DNA of 64,000 nt, taken from positions 3,424,001-3,488,000 of the forward strand of contig CAVVPN010000003.1 in assembly GCA_963750165.1 (NCBI GenBank), given 5' to 3'. A program made the position numbers and the translations under genes. Source of the DNA: an uncultured Gemmataceae bacterium. Lineage in GTDB: Bacteria; Planctomycetota; Planctomycetia; Gemmatales; Gemmataceae. Positions 58,690 through 64,000 of the stretch are shown in pieces. Within the stretch, counting starts at the first letter, position 1, and each line of letters opens with the position of its first letter. Below the pieces are notes generated by a model that had not been told where the DNA came from, made no database searches, and saw nothing but the letters and a program-made list of their open reading frames with translations.

Positions 58690-58753
58690 GGCGAGCGGCG
58701 CGGCGTCAGCCCGCCGGCAGAGCCACCGGCGGGCTGACGCCGCGCCGCTCGCC
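58690..58753. repeat. 28-bp-arm perfect palindrome between the paralogs
   Basis: GGCGAGCGGCGCGGCGTCAGCCCGCCGG 58690-58717 and its reverse complement 58726-58753. Confidence 0.88.
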
Positions 58754-58763
58754 AGACAAGAAT

Positions 58764-60554
58764 TTAGCGTCCTTCCTTGTCGCCGCCGACCTCCACCTGC
58801 GTCGCCTGCAGAATCTCGGCGGTGGTGTCGTCCTGCAGCATGGCGATCACGCGCAGGTGGGCGAAGTCCAGCGGCCGCTCGGTTTTGGGGAACGGCCGCT
58901 TGTTCGCGGCGTAGTCGTCCAGGTAACGGTTGAGGTTCTTGCGCAACTCCACCAGATTGATGTCGGCGCTATGCTTGCTGCTGCCGCCCTTGACCGCGAC
59001 GCCTTCGACGCCGCCGGGGAACGCCCGCACCACCTGATGATGGAAGCGAATCTTGTTGCCGCCGACGTAGCGGATGGTCTCCTCCACCAGCAGCAGCCGC
59101 AACTTCACGTTGCCGTTGTCCTTCAGCCCCCTTACGGTCGCCTCAATGCTCACCTTGTCGCCGATGCGGTTGGCGCGGGCCGCCAGCTTCGCCACCGACT
59201 TATCCTCCAGCAGCGGTTCGATGACGCCGCAATACTGTTTGTACTTGCCCGGCCCCTGGGCCATGCCGCCACCGCCGCCCGGCAGCACCTTGCCGTTGAA
59301 CAGCGCCGTCGGCACCCCGCGCACCGTGTCGGGGAAGAGCTTGCGGTAGTAGGCCCAGCGGGCTTCCGTGTCCGCGTTGGTCATGGGGTCAGGGCCGGGG
59401 ATGTGCAGGTGATACTGGATCAGCACCACGTCCTTCGATGGGTACGTCTTGACCAGGGCGTCGAAGGCCAGGTCGGCGGCCACGCACGGCGGACACTGGG
59501 CGCCGGTGAACAACTCCATGACCACCGCCCGGTCGCCCTTGCGGCCGGTGAACTCGTTGAGCTTGATCGGCGGCAGCTTCTTCTGATAGTCGCGGTCCAG
59601 CGCCGTAGTCACCTGATCGAGCCGCCCGGCGATGGCTTTCGCCTCGGTGGCCTTGCCGAGCGTTCGCAGCGCCCCGTGCAGGGCGGCCAGCACGTCGGCC
59701 TGCCGTTCCAGGCTGCTGTGCTGGTCGAGCAAGCGCTCGGCCCGCGTGGCCTGCTCCAGCGCCACCAGCGCCAGGTCGGACTGCATCAGCGCCAGCCTGG
59801 CGATTTCGGTGGCGGCGTACAGTTCGTAGCGCTTGCCGTGGGTGGTAGCCACCCGGTTGGCGGCGGCGGCCCAGGTCTTCACCTCGTCGGCGGTCAGCTT
59901 GGCCCTGGCGGGGTTGCGCAGCAGGGCCAGCACCACGTCCACGACCACCGGGCTGTCGGCGTTCCTGGCCACCACCTCGCGGTACAGCGGCACGGACTCC
60001 TTCTGCACGGCCTGGACTGCCGCCTTGTATTCCTTGAAGAGTTTGGCTTGCTCGTCCTTGTCCTTGGTTTTGGAGTACTGTTTCGCAATGTCCTGCACCC
60101 GGGCGTTCAACGCGGCGACCTTCTTGAGTGCCGGCACGTCGAAGGTGACGGTCATGTCCTTGGTGATTTTTTCTGCTTTGGTGGGCGACAGGCTCGCCGC
60201 CGACAGCGCCGCGTCGTTGCCGTAGGAGCCCTTGAAGTGCTTGCCTCCCGGGGCGACCACGCCTTCAAACACGGTCTCCGAGCCGGGGGCGGGTTGCACC
60301 ACCAGCCGCAGCGTGCCGTCCTTGAGCGTGACGCTCTTGACCTCGGTCTTCTTGAACGAGGCAGCCACCACGGTGCCCGTCCACTCGTTGTTCACCCTGG
60401 CAAAGCGGAGAATAGCCACTGGCCGCTCCGTCGCCGATACGCCCGACACCACGCCCAGCTTCCAGGTGCCCGTAAGATCGACCTCGCCGCCGCGCACCGC
60501 CGGCGCCAGGCTGAAGAGTGCCAGCAGACACCACGCCAACCGTTTGCTTGCCAT
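58764..60554 (-). CDS. Secreted thioredoxin-fold CxxC protein (DUF1223/Omp28-like), paralog 2
   Basis: GAGGGAG RBS before ATG 60554. Collinear with paralog 1 and carries the same ELFTGAQCPPCVAAD motif. Confidence 0.8.
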   Translation of the reverse strand: MASKRLAWCLLALFSLAPAVRGGEVDLTGTWKLGVVSGVSATERPVAILRFARVNNEWTGTVVAASFKKTEVKSVTLKDGTLRLVVQPAPGSETVFEGVVAPGGKHFKGSYGNDAALSAASLSPTKAEKITKDMTVTFDVPALKKVAALNARVQDIAKQYSKTKDKDEQAKLFKEYKAAVQAVQKESVPLYREVVARNADSPVVVDVVLALLRNPARAKLTADEVKTWAAAANRVATTHGKRYELYAATEIARLALMQSDLALVALEQATRAERLLDQHSSLERQADVLAALHGALRTLGKATEAKAIAGRLDQVTTALDRDYQKKLPPIKLNEFTGRKGDRAVVMELFTGAQCPPCVAADLAFDALVKTYPSKDVVLIQYHLHIPGPDPMTNADTEARWAYYRKLFPDTVRGVPTALFNGKVLPGGGGGMAQGPGKYKQYCGVIEPLLEDKSVAKLAARANRIGDKVSIEATVRGLKDNGNVKLRLLLVEETIRYVGGNKIRFHHQVVRAFPGGVEGVAVKGGSSKHSADINLVELRKNLNRYLDDYAANKRPFPKTERPLDFAHLRVIAMLQDDTTAEILQATQVEVGGDKEGR

Positions 60555-60634
60555 TGCAATCTCCCTCAAACAAAACGGGATATTCCAGGTAAGGAACTGA
60601 TCTTACGGCAGCGCCGGGCCACTTGCAAGCAGGA

Positions 60635-60720
60635 GGATTCGCCACAAAGACACAAAGGACACAAAGAAAGACCCAACCTTCGGTCTTCCTTTGTGCTCTT
60701 TGTGTCTTTGTGGCGAATCC
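60635..60720. repeat. Second copy of the CACAAAGA-type palindrome
   Basis: GGATTCGCCACAAAGACACAAAGGACACAAAG ... CTTTGTGCTCTTTGTGTCTTTGTGGCGAATCC. Confidence 0.88.
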
Positions 60721-60723
60721 GCT

Positions 60724-60971
60724 TAGAGCGGTTCACAGCCGCGTGGATCACGCCCCGTAGGACGGCTCTCCAGAGCCGTCTCCGAGACAAGGACGGCTCT
60801 GGAGAGCCGTCCCACAGGCTGTGCGCAAACCAAGTGTGAACCGCTCTAGAGCGGTTCCCAGTCGCGTGGACTACAAGTCGTGGGACGGCTCTCCAGAGCC
60901 GTCTCCGAGACAAGGACGGCTCTGGAGAGCCGTCCCACAGGCTGTGCGCAAACCAAGTGTGAACCGCTCTA
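60724..60971. mobile_element. Tandem pair of ~125-bp MITE-like elements with TA-flanked terminal inverted repeats, each carrying a REP doublet
   Basis: Copy 1: TAGAGCGGTTCACA (60724)...TGTGAACCGCTCTA (60848). Copy 2: TAGAGCGGTTCCCA (60847)...TGTGAACCGCTCTA (60971). The two copies share a TA at the junction. Confidence 0.75.
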
Positions 60972-61239
60972 ATTCGCCTTCGCCGGCAATTTCATGTGCA
61001 GGTTGCGCACCAGGAACGCGAGCTGGTCCGCCGCCTCTTCAATGATTTTACTGGTCGGCCGGCCGGCGCCGTGGCCGGCACGCGTCTCAATGCGCGCCAG
61101 CACCGGCGCCGTACCCGTCTGGCAGTATTGCAGCCTGGCGATGAACTTGAAGCTATGGCTCGGCACCACGCGGTCGTCGGTGTCCGCGGTGGTCACCAGC
61201 GTCGCCGGGTAGCTGGTGCCCTTTTTGAGATTGTGGTAC

Positions 61240-62759
61240 CTTGGCAGTCGCACTTTTCCGAGTGCTCAAACCGCGAGATTTACGCAGTTTTTCAGCGCTT
61301 CGATGAGTTTCAGGAGTTCCGTTGCATCGGCCGACTTGGGTTTAATTAGGGCGTTCAAAGTCGCCCGCCGCAACACGGCAACCATATGACGCAACGACCA
61401 TTCACTCTCCCAGGGTCCCATCACTTGGCGCAATTCCTCCGCCTCCGGCAACTGCCGACCGGCGGTAAGATACCACACCATCACGACGCTCTGCAACGAC
61501 CACACCCACGGCGCCACCTTCTCCACCGCTTCCCGACTGTAGTGTTGTGGCGCCTCGAGGTCCAGCACCTGTTTGCTCGCCCGGAACAGTACCTCAATGG
61601 ACCAGCGCCAGGCGAACTGCGTAATCACCCACCCCACGTCCGCACGCACGTCGGTCGTGAACAGGTAGGCATCGTCCAACTTCCCGTCCGGGTCGCGCAC
61701 CACCACCACCTGCACCGGCCGCAACCCCAACACCCGCGGCCACACCGCCCGGTAGGCGAACGCCCGCAGGACGCGCTGCTCCCCGTAGACGGTCACCGTC
61801 ACCGCCTGCCACACCCAGTCCCCGGTGGCCACGCGCTTACGGTCGGCCTTGGCGGCGGCTGCTTTGGGGTTGGGCAGACGCGGCCCCTTCTGCGCCTTGC
61901 GGCCGCGCCGGCCGGGCTTGGCCTGAGGCAGACGCGGGTCGTACACGGCCGCGTCGCCGCGCAACCGGCCGACGAAGGTCACGCGCTCGTCCAGGTCCGC
62001 CAGCAGCGCTTGGGCCGCGTAAGCGCCGTCGGCCACCAGGGTAAAGCGCCGGCCGGGGAACCAGGCCAGCACTTCGGCGAGCAGCGCGCGCGCCAGCAGT
62101 GGGCAGGACGGCTGCGCCTGGCCGGGCCGGTGCAACCGGGCCAGCAAGGGCAACGCCAGGATCGGGGCGTTCGCGAAGGGCAGGCAGACGGCGACGGCGA
62201 CGACCACCCAGTTGTGCCCCGCGGCCGTGGCGGTGCGTTTGCGGGTCGAGGCGACGGCATCGCGGAACCAGCCGAGGCCCCAGACGTGCTTGCCGCGCTT
62301 GTGGGCCAGGGTGTCGTCCACCAACAGCGTGATGGTGCCGCCCAGGTGGAGGCGCGTCAGGATGAGGACGGCGACGTGGTAGGCCAACCCGGTCACGGTC
62401 CAGGCGGAGCGCGCAAAGAAGTTGTAGGTGGTGTCCAGGCCGTGGCGCCGGGAATGGTCCCGCAAGTCTTGGGGTTGGGCGGTGTCGGCGACGCGACAGA
62501 GGCGGTGCTGGCCCAGGCACATCACCCAGCCGAGCACGAGTTGGCAGTGGGTGTGGAACGAGGGCAGGGTGAAGGCCGGGGCGAGGGCTTGGACGATGGG
62601 CTGGAGAGAAGCTATCATCAGCCACATGAGGGGCTCCTTCCGGCGAGTGCATGGCTTGAGAACCTATGCACAAACTTAGGAGGAACCCCTCTCTCTTTCT
62701 GCGACAGCCCCGTGACACTATCGGTGTTCGTCTGTTCATGGAAGCGTGCGACAGTTCAG
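61240..62759 (-). mobile_element. IS701-like insertion sequence (1520 bp) with 4-bp GTAC target duplication
   Basis: GTAC at 61236-61239 and 62760-62763. Imperfect TIRs CTTGGCAGTCGCACTTTTCC vs CTGAACTGTCGCACGCTTCC (14/20 identical). Confidence 0.9.
61266..62627 (-). CDS. DDE transposase (IS701/IS4-like)
   Basis: DDE motifs LLVDDT, VADGAY, RWSIEVLFRASKQ. GGAG RBS. Confidence 0.92.
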   Translation of the reverse strand: MWLMIASLQPIVQALAPAFTLPSFHTHCQLVLGWVMCLGQHRLCRVADTAQPQDLRDHSRRHGLDTTYNFFARSAWTVTGLAYHVAVLILTRLHLGGTITLLVDDTLAHKRGKHVWGLGWFRDAVASTRKRTATAAGHNWVVVAVAVCLPFANAPILALPLLARLHRPGQAQPSCPLLARALLAEVLAWFPGRRFTLVADGAYAAQALLADLDERVTFVGRLRGDAAVYDPRLPQAKPGRRGRKAQKGPRLPNPKAAAAKADRKRVATGDWVWQAVTVTVYGEQRVLRAFAYRAVWPRVLGLRPVQVVVVRDPDGKLDDAYLFTTDVRADVGWVITQFAWRWSIEVLFRASKQVLDLEAPQHYSREAVEKVAPWVWSLQSVVMVWYLTAGRQLPEAEELRQVMGPWESEWSLRHMVAVLRRATLNALIKPKSADATELLKLIEALKNCVNLAV

Positions 62760-64000
62760 GTACGGCGAATATTTGAGCAGCACTTTGAACTGCTCCGGGT
62801 CATCGGGGCTGCCGTAGTCATCGACCCAGTAGCGGCCCGCCGTGAACTTGTGGAAGCGCAGCATGTCCATGACGCCGACCGCCGGCAGCGCCGCGCCGAA
62901 CAGCTCCGGCCGCTGCGTCATCACGGCGCCGACCAGCAAGCCACCGTTGCTGCCGCCCTGGATCGCCAGCCGCTTCGGCTGCGTGTACTTCTCCCGAATC
63001 AAATACTCCGCCGCCGCGATGAAGTCGTCATACGCCTTCTGACGATTGAGCTTGACCGCCGCCTGGTGCCACTCCTTGCCGTACTCGCCGCCGCCGCGAA
63101 TGCACGCCTGGGCGTAGATGCCGCCCATCTCCAGCCACGCCAGCTTGGTAATCGAGAACGTTGGCGTCAGCGGGATGTTGAAGCCGCCGTAGCCGTACAG
63201 CAGTGTTGGGTTGTCGCCGTTGAGCTTCAGGCCCTTCTTGTAGCTCAGGAACATGGGCACCTTCGTACCGTCCTTGCTGTGGTAGAAGACCTGCTTGACT
63301 TCGTAGTCGTCCGGGTTGAACGGCACCTTCGGTTGGCGGAAGATTCTACTATCACCGTCCTTGAGGTTGTAGCGGTAAATGGTCGGCGGCGTTGTGAAGC
63401 TGGTGAAGGTGTAGAATGTCTCGAATTCGTTGCGCTTGCCGCTGAAGCCACCGGCGGTGCCGATGGTCGGGAACGCCACGTCGCGGACGAAGGCGCCGTC
63501 CAGCTTGTACATCTTCACCTGCGTGCTCGCGTCGTGCAGGTAATTGCACACGAACATCTCACCGATGAGGTGGGCGCCCACCATGTTATCTTTCGCCTGC
63601 GGAATGATCGCCTTCCAGTTTTTCTTGGCGGGTTTGCTCACGTCGATGGCGATGATGCGGCTGCGCGGGGCGGCGTTGTCGGTCTTGAAGAAGAACGTGC
63701 TGCCGTTATTCCCCAGGAAGGCATACGCGGCCTCGAAGTTATCAATCAAATCGACCGTCTTCGCGTCCTTCTCCTTGAGGTTCTTGTAGGTGATGCGGTA
63801 GCGGCGGTCGGTGCCCTTCCAGGTGTAAATGACGAGCCAGTTGCCGTCCTCGCTCACGTCGCTGTCGAAGCCCCATTCCTTGTGGTCGGGCCGCTCATAG
63901 ACAATGGCGTCCTCGCTCTGCGGTGTGCCGACCTTGTGGTAGCATAGCTTGGCGTTATAAACCAGGCCCTGAAACTCCTCGCCCTTCTTGGGTTCGGGGT

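Larger units (their letters stand above)
60969..64000 (-). pseudogene. Prolyl oligopeptidase (S9A), 5'-partial, interrupted by an IS
   Basis: LLYGYGGF, IRGGGEYG, GGSNGGLL and DMLRFH lie before the IS. YHNL, DDRVVP and AGHGAG lie after it. Excision restores KYSPYHNLKKG. Confidence 0.93.

Noticed and set aside
56655..60839. 1394-aa + strand ORF
   Set aside because: Antisense to two clear paralogs and reads through palindromes
61386..63947. 853-aa + strand ORF
   Set aside because: Antisense to the transposase and peptidase, and crosses the IS boundary

Overview
GC-rich bacterial DNA that looks planctomycete (Gemmataceae-like). This is inferred from Arg-rich N-termini ending in the L-E-x-L-E-D-R-x-[VL]-[PL] (LEPR-XLL) motif, giant repetitive surface proteins and a Hanks-type kinase with TPRs. 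About 51 kb is giant exported-protein genes in two convergent blocks. The + block (1-20477) has an autotransporter-repeat/Ig-repeat adhesin ending in cohesin-dockerin-cohesin-like modules, then a 3501-aa protein with two cohesin-like domains, about 25 Ig-like repeats and DUF4214-like repeats. The - block (52249 to 20592) runs TIGR03032/DUF4915 gene, a ~6240-aa giant protein, a 2590-aa FG-GAP/BNR protein, and a membrane Ser/Thr kinase-TPR. The giant carries about 140 tandem 12-aa repeats that match the spacing of the double-glycine leader motif, plus an HExxHxxGxxH metalloprotease and an S53 sedolisin. Four single-base frameshifts split three of these genes and are most likely assembly errors. 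The right end holds clpB, a decayed EEP-nuclease-like remnant, an ACT-like protein, two tandem secreted CxxC thioredoxin-fold paralogs, a dense set of palindromic repeats/MITEs, and a prolyl oligopeptidase disrupted by an IS701-like element with a GTAC target duplication. All domain calls are by eye; no searches were run.
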